A stretch of 64,000 nt of DNA. It comes from Blasia pusilla (taxonomy: Eukaryota). Below, piece by piece: positions 1 through 15,177 of the stretch. Made by a program: the position numbers and the translations under genes. Position 1 is the stretch's first letter. Each line of letters begins with the position of its first letter. The notes under the pieces were generated by a model. It saw only the letters and a program-made list of their open reading frames with translations. It did no database searches and was not told the DNA's origin. The stretch covers positions 34,100,001-34,164,000 of the forward strand of contig CM114271.1 in assembly GCA_050084515.1 (NCBI GenBank), read 5' to 3'.

Positions 1-3000
1 TACTAATAGAAATTAGCTTTATTAAACTAAGCAAAACAAGAGGGAAGGCACATAAGAGGATACACTCCAACCAAAGACTAATTAAGATAGTTTTTCAAGG
101 GATTTGCTGATTTTCTTCATATATGTAATCATTAAATATTTTCTCTATGTAGGATTAGTGCTATGATATAGAAAGATATGCACTACCTAGAATATGGGAA
201 GACTCCACTCCGATGGGAGCTGGTCTCCATCCCCCCTTAGAGGCCTTGACTTTGTCATCTTAATATGTGGATGACGCATAATGCCATTTTTTTTCCGCCA
301 AAGGAAAATTAGACTCGAGAAGTGAGAAGAGGAAAGGTTATAAGTTTTATTTACATTTCCTCACATATTGTCATCCTTCTTAGTTCCTCAAAAGCATTTA
401 ATTTCCTGTATGGAGAGTAAATGCTATACCATGTCGATCGCCAATTTATACTCCATCCATTCTTGGGTATCTTACTAGTCTTGCTAATGGGAGATGTTAA
501 TGGATGGCCCTAGTATCTGTCTAACCAATAAAGTAAAATGCCAAATGGTATGTTCACTATCCTTTCTCCAACTTGAATAAAATAACTTTGAATTTTTTTA
601 ATCTAGTAAAACATCATAATTGATACTTTACTTCGTACCATTATTTAATAGTTATAGGGAGACTACGTGTGCTTAAAATCCGATTCTTCCGGACTTCCTT
701 CCACTCTCCGATAGTCAAAAGACGTCCTAATACCCCCCACGCGCGAGAGGAAACGAAAGTTGCGAAAAGAAAAAGAAGCGGATAAGGCAATTTTCAATAT
801 GCAGCGCGAGCGGGAGATTCGGAAGGCGCCTAAGCTGAACACGGAGGTCATGGGGGGCGTCATCACATGTAATGGCCAACGGTCCCCTTTCTAAATTCAG
901 CCTCTGCGTAGCGGTGTCAAGTGGTATCTTGAGGCACCGCTATTCTAGCCGTAGTCCTGCTAGAAAGGCGAACTTGCGAAGCAGTCGTGGACGGACTCGG
1001 TAGTGGCCGTCACCGATTCTGGGACCCGGTAGCCGGTCGTACTGATGTGTAACTTCCAATCCGCACTTCCGTTGACCCGGAGTTCGGCATCCTGCTCTAA
1101 CGGTCGCGACGAATGGAGAGGGAGTTTGGTAGTCGGTGACCGGTCAACAGTGGCAGTTGCTAGCTGCCCCTCTTTCCGGAATTCCGCCGGAGCACTGGGA
1201 GACCTTCCTTTGCGGCTTTGCCTTCCCACTCTGACCTCACGGGGAGATATTGCCGATCAAGACCAAAAGGCATTTATTTCGCGTCGGGAAATTTTAATTA
1301 AATATTTGAATCGAAACTAGATTGCGGGTGCTCGACGACCGGAGCTGCTGGTATTCGGTACGGCGGATCGGGGGAGAATTTACGTGGGGTTTGAAAGCAT
1401 CACGCGTGACCAGCCATCACTCATCAAGTCTGGTACGAACTGCAGGCCCCCCGATCTCGTCCCGTACCATATTCCTGTCAGGAATATGGTCCCCCGTAGA
1501 TACTCAGAGGCATACCGGGAATTACCGAAAGTCACCTATACGGGTCTAGGAATTCTCAAATACCCGTCGGGAATTTCAAGCTAAAAAAATTAGCGTCGGG
1601 AAACAGCTAAACAATTTCTAAATTCTAGTTGCTACGAGGCTTTCTTGCTAGGTTCATTTTTTATGTGGAAATTTTTTTAAAACACTTGGAGGAAAACATC
1701 TTCGAGAAAATATGTGAGACCTTAAATTGAAGTGGTAAATTAGAGGGGACTAGTATAACTAGGGTGAAAATCACTGTTAGATTATGTTACATTGTACACG
1801 TGCCATCACCACATAGAACCAAAATGGACACGTGTCGAAATCAGACAAGGGATTTCCCAAACCCCGTCAGTAATATGAATGAAATAAAATTCGGAGAAAA
1901 TGAAAATGGATATTAAATTGCAATTTCTATGTCATTAACAACACCCCTCTCACCGATGAACACCTCACAAACCCGTTCTTGGGACATATGTCCTCATCTC
2001 ACATATTTATTTAGTGCAAACAAGTATTATTGGGTGTAGGGTAACTTTCAAATAAAATGTTCCAATTAAATGAAATGACTTGTGCATTGGCATCTTATTC
2101 ATCACATGTTATTCGATCACAAAAAGGAATTGTAGTGACAAACAAAAAGAAATCCACACATAGAAAATTTACAAATAAATTATAATTGGGATTACATAAC
2201 TTTTTACATGTCTTGGGTGTATAATAGTGTATGTATGATTAAATTTTTTAATGATGATAAATAAATAATTCATGTAACATTGAGATGAATTTTTTTTAAT
2301 TCATCTCAATGTTACATGATCAATTTTCGTCTCATGGGAATTTTATGAGCTCAAATGACCCTATGAGGCTTCTCTTCAAAAAGTAACATGTATATTTTTG
2401 GTCCATGGGTCTAAGAGTTACACGATTCAGACCAAAAAGATTAATAGCAATGGGAAATTAAAAAGTGTTTGTTAATGTATAGTTCTCGAAGGAAGACATT
2501 AATGATGGTATACACAAATTCAAATAAGTCATGCATAAAATATAGAGATGTTTTAAATCGAAATCTTCTTTTACCATAATAATATAAATTTGAAAAGATA
2601 AGAGAATATAGAAACGATGGGAATAAAATATAATTTCTAACCAATATCCCTTAAATTTATTTATTTATAATTGTAAAATGGATCTCGCCCTAGTCCGGTA
2701 TCAGCGCTTGAATGCTCGTTCCTAGTGTACTAATCATCCTTGTATCGAATACTTATCTCCGTCAGCAACTGCGGAATGGGCTCTCATTATTAACCCTCCA
2801 TCAGTTGATTCCGTCCGTCCCTCCCTCATGTCCGTGCTTTCCTCCCCTCTCTTCAATTAAATTCTACGCACCTTTCCTGCGGGAGCTCCACAGGTACGTT
2901 CACCCGACGGCATATGTCTCCCGTGCCTTCTGCCACGCGCACTCGCGGGTCTGGACTCTGGGGCTGCGAATTGTGCTGCTGCGTTGCATAGATTCATCGC

Positions 3001-3588
3001 CGTTCAGATGACAGGACGTCACTGGAGGAGATTTTGATGTGGCCGGCGGTCGATCGATCGGATCTCATAGTTGTTTATCATCTGTGCTTGCTACCGGTTC
3101 TACAATAAGATACTGCGCACTGTTGTCTTGTTGTGGCCCGCGAGATGTTTGGTAGCTGGTCTAGCTGTTGTAGAAGTATATGATGCAATGCGAGCGTGGC
3201 GCATCCGGATAGATTCCGCACAATCGACTTGAGGCGGTCGAGTGCTCCATGCACACTACTGACTGCGTTGCTTTGAATTGATCCGTCGCGCTTGTTGCAA
3301 CGCCGGGAGCTTCATGCATGGCATGAATCCGCCGGGATCCATCTCGCTCGTCTCACTATCTGCGGCACGTTCCCCGCACGTTTAGGCACTAGCAGCGTCC
3401 AAGCAGGGGCTGAAGCGAAGACGGACGGTACTTAATGTGTACACACTCTCTCTCAGTCCCTCTTCAGTCCCACGGGCCTCTCGGGTCCTCGTGGACAACA
3501 GATCAGTTCTTTCATTTACTCTCACTTTCTCCTTCTCCAATCGTCAGGGATCCTTAAGCAATTCCGCAGCAATCCCCGAGCGATCGAG

Positions 3589-6500
3589 ATGGGGATTATA
3601 TCTAGGAGGGTACTGCCGGTGTGCGGCAGTCTCTGCGTTTTTTGTCCTGAAATGCGAACAAGATCTCGTCAGCCGGTGAAGCGATACAAGAAGCTCTTGA
3701 CAGATATTTTCCCCAAGTCTCAGGTCTAAATCTTCCCCTTGCTTCTAGGCAATGCAGTGGATCTGGTACTATGTTTGTGTCAACTATCTGCATTGTTTAG
3801 TAACGATTTCCTCAATTCCGGCTCGGTGTTGAGGTTGCTGAATCATGCACACAGGCGAGATTTGCTCATGCTGAAGTGCTGGCTGCAGGATGAACTTCCC
3901 AACGATCGCAAGATTTCAAAACTGGTTGAGTATGCTTTGAAGAATCCGTTGCGTATACCCAAGGTGCTCCTCTTATTTACCCCAACGAATCATTGAAGTC
4001 GTCTACCAGGATCGAGGTTCTCAATACTGTAGGATAAATCGACGGACGTCCGAGGATTGGCGTCGCGGTTCACTACCTGGACGTCCTACATATCTGGAGA
4101 TTGGGACCTAAGAAACTTCCTGCAGGGCACAGATCGTGGGATAATTGTGGGAATCATGGCCATTGCACCGCATTCGTGTTATCTTACGCAGGGACGGGTG
4201 ACCAAGTTGGCTAACGTTTGGTTGCGTTGGCAGTTCTTCCATTAAACTGTGATCAACCTGCCCATCCAATGTATCCATTCCCATAAGTTTCAGCGACTTG
4301 GGCATATCATTAACCTCGCGGATGGAACAAGGTCTCCGTCAGTGGGAATCTATAAGTTTGGAAGGGAATTGGAGTCTCGTCAAGAGGAGGTGTTTTCCCA
4401 TGAAGTATATGTGGGAAGAATCACATCTTTTCCATTCACGTGAAGGCCATAGATCAGAGTTTCCAGCTAATGGATGACTCGTCAAATTATGTAGGTTTAG
4501 TCGTCATCAGAGGAAAGTTTGTAGGTGTTTCCTGGTTGATTATTTGTTAGTTTTTAGCAGTCGACTTCATTGTTAACTGTGTTTAGTCTTCTCGTGAATT
4601 GCCGCAATCTGCAGATTGCTGATGCTCTCGAAACTCGAGGGTATAAGGAATTGAGAAGCGACCATTCCCGTTCTGTGGAAGTCGTAATGCGAACCTACAG
4701 CAAGTTGCTGTCGTCATGCCGTGATCAGATGTAAGTCTTAACCTACTTATCGTCGTCAACGCTCATGATATTTAACTCGTCAATCTAAACGTAAGTTAGC
4801 AGCGAAAATATGCTTGTCTCTGCGTTTAATCGTCCTCGCATCCTTGTAACTCTCTTTGGGATAGACCTTCGGAGAGCAAATGGTGAAAGAGACATCAGTT
4901 GTTTTCCCTGCAAGAAAGTGTAGGGAGCCTTCTGCCGCTTATCCTGCTTATGTTGTCGCCACAATCCACTGCCAAAAGGAGTCCCCTGCTCAGCGTATCA
5001 CTAAATGGAAAACTTGAGAATAAATAGACTCGGAATGATCACGGATGAGGGAGAGATCTTAAGTAGCTTTCTTGTTATCCGAATGCAAATTGCACAAAAT
5101 CACGATACAACAAGCAGTACACAAGAAGCACAAGATGAATCTAATCTAGTAACATCTACTTTCATCTCTAGGACATGGCTGACATGTACAGAGACCGATT
5201 GTAGGCCGCTTTTTGCAAGGAGTATTCTGAACATGATCAAAGCTCTTTTTGATCAAGTTCGACAGGATCCAATGCGAATTCTAGGGAGTGTTGCCCTGGT
5301 AGACTTCCTAGAGAATCAGGTAATGTAGAGTTTGTGATTTGCTGAATTCCAGAAAGTGGGATTTTTCCTGTCTTATTTTAGAGCGAGATGGTCTCTTCCA
5401 AAGTTGGCGACTTGTTAATTCCCAGTAAGATAGGGTCATGGGATCTAGAGCTATTGCGTCCTTGTTTCCTGTGAATTTTAGATTCAATACTTAAACTTCG
5501 GATAGTGGATTGTGGACTTTGCAAGCAGACGGATTCAACATACCTGCGTAATGTAGATGCCTTTCTTCCAAAGTTGTGTGCAATGGGTCGTGAGACTGGT
5601 GATGAGACCAAAAGGATGCAGTTACGTGCAGCTGGGCTGCAAGCACTTGCTGCCATGGTATCAAGTCTATTTCGTCCTGTGTTGATTTGCCTTTTACAAT
5701 CTTGTAAGCTACAAAATGTTAGCATCTCCAAGGTTGTGGACAATTTGTAGTCAGCAGGTGAGCTTAAATACGGAAGTGACAATGACGTCGGACTCAGGTG
5801 AGGTTTTGACTCCTTGAATCATGTTTCCTTTAATCAAACAGATCAGCTTCATGGGCAAGTATTCACATATACCGGCAGAGTTTGAAGATGTACGTTACCA
5901 TCTTACCTGTAAGGGCTTTTGTGTACTGTGTAGTTGTGATCCTAGATGTGTACTTTTGCTGTATGTGCCATGGAGTCACGTTCACTTACTACCCGTGTCA
6001 AGTTGTGCTCCAAGTGGAGTGTTTCTGCCACCAACATGGGGCTTCTTAAAGTGTAGGTAATGTCTTTGACCAAGAGTCATGGAACTACTAGCTGCATGAT
6101 AAGTGTGAAGGTCAGGACAGTTATATTAGAACTGGTCTATCAGTCAGCCTTAAGGTTGTGGGAATTATGGAGTGTGAGCAAGTCTCATGTGAGCTGTCAT
6201 TGCTCCCATAAGGACTATTTTTTGGCTTGTCCATGCAGATCGTAGCTGTGATATTGGACAATTATGATGCTGATATTGCTGACTTGGAGGTTGAGCTACA
6301 AGAGAGGAGTGAGCCACAGACTAATAATAATAACTGGGTAAAGGAGGTACTGCAAGGTGAAGGCAGAGGGGCTGTATCTGCCATGAAGGGAGCCATTGCA
6401 AAGCTATATTCGCATAAAGAAAATGCTCGGTCAAAGGACCCTACAAAATTGACTAGGTACTAATCTTGATCTATTTTGCCATTTGTCACAATGATCAATC

Positions 6501-9500
6501 TTAACACTCATTGCAGCAGTCTTTGTGAAATCGTAATTAGGGCAGCAATAATCTTTACCTTCTTGTCAGACACTTCTGATTATACAGGCGAATTTAACGT
6601 TTCAATGCCTGCCTAAGGTCAACCATTGAGAACATTGTTACGTTTGTTTGTGGATGACTGGAGGTTTACATTTCAATGCTTGCTTGAGTTTAGGCTCAAG
6701 GTCAACCAAATGAGAAGAACTATGTCATGCTTGTCTGTGGATGGTTTTTGGAAATCAGAGACATGTTTTCACATTAATTGACCTGCCTTGACTGATCTTT
6801 GAATGTCACCCTTGATGTGACAGTATGGAGGCAGAGTCACCAAAGGTGTGGTCTCAGATTTGTGTCCAGAATCTGGCTAGATTAGCCAAGGAAGCTACCA
6901 CAGTGCGACGAATATTGGATCCTATGTTCCAGTATTTTGATAGAAGTAGTGTTAATTGGTCACCTGAAGAAGGCCTTGCCCTTCCAGTTCTTCGTGAGAT
7001 ACACTTTTTCATGGACAAGTCAGGCAAGTTCGTTGACAGGGAAAGCATCTTTCGTTGTTCATGGTTGTAATTTAAAAACTTCTGGTGTTTTATGATTGTA
7101 AAGGTCTTTCCCAGTTATACAGCATGCAAATGTTCAGACACTTGCTCATATTCAATCTTGATTGTGCAGGAAACGAAAAGTTGTTCCTTCCAGTGGTAGT
7201 AAGGCACCTTGATCATAAACTTCTTGTTGACCAGCCTGATCTGAAAATGAACATTGTGGAAGTCATTGGGACTTTGGCACGCCAATCAAAGGCAAAATCC
7301 AGTGTTGTGGATGTTGGATCCATGACTGAGCTTCTGCGACACCTCCGCAAAAGCATTCAGTACACCCGGGATACATCTCATGCTTCCCAAGTACAGATGC
7401 TTGAGGACCACAAAGCTCTTCAAACAGCATTAGAGGAGAGCCTTACTGAATTCGCGAAAAGGGTATCTGTAACTTGCTCTTGAAATCTTCCCAGCTAAAT
7501 CATTCTCTGTAGTAGTTCTGTTCATGTTGTGGTGGTGGTTCACTATGCGTCATCTCCTCACCCTCAATTACTAATGTTTGCAGGTTGGTAGTGCCGGTCC
7601 AGTTCTTGACATGATGGCATCAAATTTGGAAAAGCTTTCAACCAATCCTATGATTTCAAGAACAACTATTGAGGCTGTTTCTGTGCTGGCTCGTTGTGTT
7701 TCCTTTATTCCAGATCAGTCTTACACAGAACAGGTATCTCCAATATCTACAATTAATTTATTTTCTACTTTCTGCATAATGATCTACAGTTGATTTGTCT
7801 GGCAGATATTGATCTTCCATGTCTTGTTATGTTTGTGGACCTGCGTGTCAGCTCATTGTGGAATGCCTTGCACTAAAGTCAGCCTGTGTTCCAGTTGTTT
7901 CCAGAGGCATTGTTTCAGCAACTTGTACAGGCCATGATTCATTTTGATGCAGAAACCCGACTTCGTGCGCACCATGTACTTGCAGTTCTTCTGGCACCCA
8001 CTGCCAAACCTGCTGATGAACTTGACATTATGCGAACAGTACCTGAGGTGACCACTATGCTGGCAAGGACCTCTTCAGTATTCTCTACTGCAGCTGCACT
8101 GTTTGAGAAACTGAGGAGTGACAAATATGGATTTTCGTCTAGCTATAGGGACAGGGAGATCCAGAGGGATTCATCTGATGGAGATGAATTAAATAGGGAA
8201 AATGGAGAGATTATAGAATTCAAAAAAATAAGCTCTGTTAGAAAGAATGATGAGAATGGCGGTCCTTTGTCAAGCCCGAATCGGCTCTTTGGCTTTAAGC
8301 TGACAATGGATCGTACCACAGAGATTGGCCTGGATAGGTCTCCCTCACGACCAAGACGGCCTGCCAAGAGCCACAAAGATTTTGTAAGTGCATGCACTCC
8401 TTGTTTTGATCACCTATCACTTTCACATGTGTTGCGTGCTTTGCAATTAGGTCTTACTGCTGTTGGTGTGTGTTCTGTGGTTGTGTGAAAAGGAAATGAC
8501 TGCTGCAAGGCTTAGTGGACATCAAGCGGCTCTCCTTCTGTCTGCTTTGTGGATTCAAGCAAGCTTGCCAGACAATCTGCCCTCAAACTTTGAGGCGATT
8601 GCCCACACGTACATGTTGACTCTTCTATTCTCTCGTGCCAAGGTGGGGTGGCATCTTTCTTCATATAACATGAAAAGGAATTCTGTGTACAGTTTCTTTG
8701 TATGCATTTGTGCTCAAAAGATAATGAACTGTGAGTGGTAATAAAAGTCAATTGCTCTGACTTACCAATTCTGGCTAAGCTGGGATTGGAGGGTTGTTCA
8801 AAAAATTAGATATCATGGGAGTGTCAATTCATCCATCCATTCCGTTCTGGCTGAGCAACCACTGACCATGGACATATCATAACTTTTTGTAGACCTCCAG
8901 CCACAGCACCATTGCTCGTGCTTTTCAGCTGGCTTTCTCTATCAGGAGCTTGGCTCTTGACTGTGACAGTAAGATCTCAAACCCTTCCAACCAGCAATGC
9001 TTGTTGTATTCTCGGGCATGGGGCAAGCTCCTATCGTACGAAGAGGATTGGCTGTACACACCTGCCAGACATGAGCTTGGAGGTGTTTGACTTTATTGTC
9101 AATGTGAAAAGTGAATCTTGATGGTGACAACGGGTTAGGTGCATTGAAAGGCAGAAACTCCCAGTGCAAATTTGTCAACACCTTCAATGAAGAGTTTAGA
9201 ATCTTTACCGTACTTTAAATAAGGCAGTCTCCTGAGCTTTGAGTTCAGGGGTTATCCCTGAAATGGTTTGTCTTACTGCTTGCCCTGAACTTGTGCATGT
9301 GAGGTAGGTCCACCCATTCAGTTCCTTTCATGAATTATTGAATGATGGTGTATTGTGCAATTCAGACAACCAACTTCCACCATCAAGGCGTAGGTCTCTC
9401 TTCATGCTTGGGACTGCCATGCTTGTCTTTTCTGGTCGGGCATATAGTATTCCACAGCTTATTTCTTCTGCAAAGGCAGGTCTTACAAATGTTGTGGTGA

Positions 9501-11608
9501 GTTCCTGCAACATTTTTGATAACAACTGGTCCTCGAAAGATTTTTAAAAAAATGTTTACTTGAGTTCACTTTTGATAGTTCTCTGGGTTTATGAAGAGAA
9601 CAGGTTAGAATTGCTGTCTCTTTTGGTTCCTGAAATTATATCCAACTTTTTCCCTGAAGCTCTCAGGTCTTGATTCAATTTGATCCTTGGATGTGCAGAA
9701 GGATCCATATTTGGATCTTGTAGAGGACAACCGACTGAAAGTTGTTGCTGCAGCAACCATAAATTTAAAGGATTATGGCTCTGCCGCAGATGACCATGAT
9801 GCTCTCAAGTCCCTATCTTGCATATCCTTGCCTCAAAGCCAAACTTCTGAAGCTCTAGCTGATCTCATTCTTCAGAGTTCTACTTTCACAACAGAGGTGA
9901 GTGTAACAAGGCCTTAGGTTTATCTAAAAAAATGTTTTTTTATATACGTCGGACACCTTTTGGCAGGAGCATACTGGTTCTTTTTCTTATTATGGTGCTG
10001 GATAATTTGTGAGCAATGCAGTCTGAGGAATTTGCAGCAGACCAAATGCTTCAACCCTTCTCCCCAGACGAACTTCAAGGGTTGGGACAGCAGCTTTACT
10101 TAAATTCACCTCATCACACGCGACTATCTCATGGGGACTCTCTGGACTGCATTTCTTTTAATGATGTAGGTGCCGCTTTATTCTCCTTACAGGCAGCATA
10201 GTTTTGTGAAAATTCTGAGATATTTAATTAGATAATTGCAAAGTGCCCTCTGTGACAACCAGATTCTATGTAGTGAGGACTCTCTTGTCGGTGTCTTACA
10301 ATTCTGTGGTTGCTAAGTTGACATCCAATGATGGTGAATAGATTCTTTCAATGGTGACATCAGTTATTTGTCTCTTTTTTACAGTAGGATTTTAAATGCT
10401 GATCCTGGTAAAATGGGCATCAGAATATCAGTGATGCTATCATTACCTAGTTAAGTTGGACAAAAGAAAGATTAACAGCCTTGGAGCAGCTGAGATTCGC
10501 ACTTGATTGAGGACCCTCTAAAGTGGTTTACTTCTCCTGGCAGATTATAGCACACACAAGTGCATCTTTTGATGATGACCATGTCAGTGAAACTTCTGCT
10601 GGGGATCCATCTCGATTCCCTGCATGTTTCTCTACCCCAGCTCATGTGCAACACGCCATTGGGGTAACACAGCTTCTAGAAGCGGTAAGTTGCTTTTCAT
10701 GTTGGGTAGTTCCCTTTTTGTTTTCCGAAGTCGTTTTCTCTTGATTTTTCAGATTGATAACACATTGTTTCACCCGTACAGGCCCTTCAAACAGCAGGTC
10801 AAGTAGCATGTGTCCAGGTTCCAGACTCCCCATTGTCGTACAGAGCTATGGCTAGTCAGTGCGAAGCATTTGGGGTTGGAAGTAGGAGAAAGATGTTTTC
10901 TGTGTTGAGATTAGAAGCAGAGCAGGGTTCTATGCGCTTGACACTCCCTGATAAGGATTGGCCAGCCCTGATTTCCTTCACCGATGATCATCCTCAAGCG
11001 CAAGTTATGCAAGACACGGTAAAGTTTGGAAAATTGGCTTCTTTTCAAGGGGAGGATGACAATTTGGAATTGTTATTACTCACAAATGTCAGGATCTTGG
11101 TTTTAAGATGAGTTTTTGTTGTTCCCAATGACCACATGTTTATCTGGGGAAATGAACCTTATTTTTTGGTTACAAAGTGAGAAGAACTTGTCTAAGAGGT
11201 TGGCAGGCACTTTGATCTTGCCTTCAGTTAGCCAGACTCCTGTCCATGGAGGGTTAGGATATCTTCTTGGCTTCATGTAACAACTGTTGCATTTCCCATT
11301 GAGAGACTTGGTGCAATGATTGTCTGTATTTGGTATTGGATTTCAACTTTTGTTTGAGTTTGCATCTGATTCCTATCTGGAAAGAGTTCCTCATGCTTTT
11401 TTTATTTGGTGTCACTTTTGCGCAGCGATTGGAAGGCACACTGGAACTCTACGACTCACAAAGTACTCCGCTGCTGAAGCAAGTGTCACTTAATTCGATG
11501 TCTTTTAGCCCTGCTTGGCTCACACCTGCTGCTCCTGAACCTTGGCAAGTGTTCCGGCTCCCTCCAGCTAGCCCTTATGACAACTTTCTGAAGGCTGCTT
11601 GCTGCTAG
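3589..11608 (+). CDS. Multi-exon (~19 exons) EFR3-like / SEMI-ROLLED LEAF 2-like ARM-repeat protein (PI4K-complex membrane scaffold family)
   Basis: ATG 3589 gives MGIISRRVLPVCGSLCVFCPEMRTRSRQPVKRYKKLLTDIFPKSQ. Later exons give NDRKISKLVEYALKNPLRIPK, PKVWSQICVQNLARLAKEATTVRRILDPMFQYFD, FPEALFQQLVQAMIH, LPSNFEAIAHTY and the C-terminus FRLPPASPYDNFLKAACC* (11608), all hallmarks of plant EFR3/SRL2. GT-AG introns are visible (e.g. 3724-3888, 3964-4614). Internal exon edges are approximate. Confidence 0.93.
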
Positions 11609-14141
11609 GCTTCATACAGGGTTAAACACTGGGGTTTTTCCTAATCTTTTGTACGAACATGAGTACACCACTGAATCTCTAGTGGGAGACAGGTAAAGTC
11701 ATACGTTTACCCACAGGTCTTCCCATGTTTTGGAGCTGTTCAAGAGACCTGGATCAACAATGACATTTTATTCTGCAGTAGTCCATATATGTGAAGTATT
11801 TTTGGTCTAATGTTAGTCCAGTGATCGACAGTATATGGACTATTATCAGTTCCCAAGATGTTAAAATGGTCATGAGGTTTTCTTGATGGTAGTGGATATA
11901 CCTACCATAGAAATGAACAGATTTTTGGGGAGATAATCAATCTGTGTAGAGAAAGGAGTCAAAATTATAGTGCTACTTTGCCTCCAACAAAAGCAGCACA
12001 GGGAATTTAAAATAATGTCCATGTTCTGACATGGTGGAGACAATGTAGATGGAATAGACTTACACTAGGACTAAATGCTGCGTATCCATAGGTTTCCAAA
12101 CAGCATTCCTGTGTTGGTGAGAATAAGGATAAGCTTTAGTAATATGAACACGTATGCTAATCACGACCGTAACCTATCTTGTAATGTATACACATCTCTA
12201 CTGCACTTTTTGGATAGGTCTCCCCTCAGATTCACACAGGCGAACTTCACCAATAGCTGATGGATCTCAAAGTACAACTGGTGTGTAGGTTTGGCTGAGA
12301 GAAAGGAGCCATTGAAGTACAAGTAATGGTTCCTGCCTTATGGTTTCTGTCTTTGAAGGCTGAAGAGAATTGCACCTTTTGTTTACGGGCAGATGAGCAG
12401 GAATCCAAATTAACTAATCAGTTTTGTAGATTACATACTTGGACTGTGGGTTCGGCCATGTCTTCACAGTAAATGATATTTAAAGGCTCTCCCTATTCGA
12501 GAGAGCATGAGATTGAGCCAATTCGTACTGCAATTGCAATTGGAATGGAAGTATCCATAGGTGCCGATGGTTATTGAAGTATTCCATCAGTTGATGGCTG
12601 CTCTTAAGGATAGATCGGTGCATTGAATAAATATATTTGAGCGTGTCATGAGTGCATGGCATTCTCACGCTTGGCTACTTGCTACAGAAATTAGCAGATT
12701 ATACTATATAGATGTGCGAGTTTGGTTCATTGGTTGTGGATGAAATTGTCTGTAAAGAATAACAGGGTCGCAGGGACAGGATATCCAATGCATCCAGACA
12801 AGATGATTAGTTTGCTGGGGAGGAATACAGCGTTATTACGGGACGGTTCAAGTGCATCTTTCAGGATTTGCAAGCTCAATTGGGATCCAGTTATCTCCTG
12901 GAATGAAGATGCAAAATTTGTTTTGCTCGACAATATACTGAAATCCATTACAGGAATTTGACTATTATGTCAAAGTACACCAAGGACATCTGGTTCGTAA
13001 AAGATTCTTGTGAAGGCGGCGAAGCCAAGCAGTCAACTGTTTATACACCGTGAGTAGGCCGAATGTGAAACCGATTGTAGATGAAATGAAGTACAAGTTT
13101 CTTCTGACATATCACAGATTTGTGAGAGGATATGAGGGCATTAGATTTGGATTTTCTCATGTTGAGGGAGAGATTGGCTACATTATTATTATATGATGAT
13201 TTAGAGGTCGACATGTTTTCCAATTGATTTTCATTGTAGAAAGATATGCGTGTCGTATGGATTGATCCTGTGTCATAGATGTGAGTGAGTTTTATTGAAT
13301 CGATGTTGTGAGGGATGATTAAATTCCATGGTATACTATGTAACATTTGGATACTTATCTGCGAGGAATGTTAAGTTCGTGTAGAATCGTAAATCGAATG
13401 TGACATGGAACAAAGAGAGTCAAGGGTTTGATTAATGTTGTGGTTGTGTGCAAGTTATTGGGTGAGTGTGACTATGCACGAATTAGGCTAATTCTTGAAG
13501 GCACCCAATCTTGAGTTCAAAGGTACAGATCGGAGTTGTGAGGTGGTGCAACAAAGACCTAGTGTAACGTGAAATGAGAGCATGTGGTCCACATTAATGG
13601 GGATGCAATTTATGGGATTGAGTTGTTGTGACATGTAGTATTGTAAAAGCGTAAAGACATAGCTACTCTGGCTAATCTACTAGATTGAATTGAACTTCAA
13701 CATTGAATATGGTCGGAGTATATACATTCCTTGATGTGAAATTGCATTGAATCAATGCAAAACCAGAACGAAAATAGTTGATTAGGTGAAAGCTAGTATA
13801 TACAATTCATACACCAAAACCAATCAATGTAGATAGAATAGATAGATGAAATTCTCATATATCCATTAAATTGAATCGAAATGATTCTATATGTATATAT
13901 GTGTGTAATTGATGATTGTAAACTAGTCATCCATGAGCATCTAGAAATCCTGTAGCAAGTGTAAGCGCGGTCTAGCTATGGACGAAGCTCATATATCTCC
14001 CCCTCCCCAAGTCCTAAGCTTGAAAATACGCTGAAAGGTATGGTAGGGAGTTAAAGTGCCGTGGAAGAACAAGACTGATAAAACCAAAGAGCTACGAGCA
14101 CTTGCGAAAGCGCCACTGTTGTTTAGTGAAATCACCCACTA

Positions 14142-15177
14142 TGTAAACTCCTCTATCATTAAGTGATAGAAATAGTTTTATTAGTAGTGAGTAAATTATA
14201 ACTAAGGAAAATCAAATTTACATGTTTTAACCTCTTTAGGGTGGCATATTTGTGCGGGCCTAACTTTAGGGAAAGAGGTAATAAATAAGATATGAGAGTA
14301 TAAAAATAAAGTAATAAGGTTGGTGTACTAATGAAAGAAAATTAAAAGTAGTCTTGGTTGATAGGTAGTAATGGCTAGGGTAGTTGGGGTAGTTTGGAGG
14401 ATATGAAGTGAGTTGATGGAGATATTTTGGAGAAAATAACATGTAACCTACTTGTCAAAATGGGAGTGGTTAAGTCTTGAGAGAAAGCCATGTGGCACAA
14501 GATAAGATTAGCCCGATTTTGTGCTCTTGTGGATCCTTTGAAAGTATATAAAAAGGAGGGATCTTCAAGGGTTTACCCCTTCTACTTTAGTTTTTGAATC
14601 TTCCTTGTTGCTCTTTAGTGGATAGAATTAGCTCGCTTGCTCTTCCAATGAGAGTGGACCACCCCTCTTGGGAAAAGGACTTGGTTAAGTTCTATTCTTC
14701 AAGAGTTTCAAGAATCTGATATGAGATAATTATTTTGGGAGACTTATCGTCTTAGGGGAGTTTTGTCATATTAGGCATAGTGGATGGTTTTGATTTGTTA
14801 TTTTCCCAATGAGAATGGATTACGCCTCTTGCGAGAGCAACTCCGCCAAAACCCTTTCTTAAGGAGAGTAGAGAATGTTCGTTAAGTATGGATAGAGGTG
14901 GAGCACGAGTCCTACCTGATTTTCCTTTCTTTAATCCGTACCACGTGAAGGTTCTCTTCGTAGATAGACACTAGTTTACCACTTTGGGAAGGCATTCAGG
15001 AATCAGGTCATGCAATCTCAACTCTAGTGATTCTTCTTATTGTCACGTACGTAAATATATGAGATTATACTTTGTATGTCATTATATAACGATCTATGGA
15101 TGTTAATAGTCCTGCTCGAGTAGGGTTTAACACTAGTTGTGTTATTTTTTTGGTGTATAAGCGTAAAAGAGTTTACA
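14142..15177 (+). mobile_element. LTR-like sequence (~1.04 kb), solo or truncated LTR retrotransposon
   Basis: Perfect 9-bp terminal inverted repeat TGTAAACTC (14142) ... GAGTTTACA (15177), with an internal TATATAAA at ~14545. No TSD is evident and no partner LTR is in the window. Confidence 0.5.

Noticed and set aside
909-948. Hairpin followed by CTAG as a Helitron 3' end
   Set aside because: The spacing is atypical, it is not followed by T, and no matching 5' end was found.
12722-12961. HSF DNA-binding-like snippet DPVISWNEDAKFVL
   Set aside because: Too short, and no other HSF motifs are nearby.
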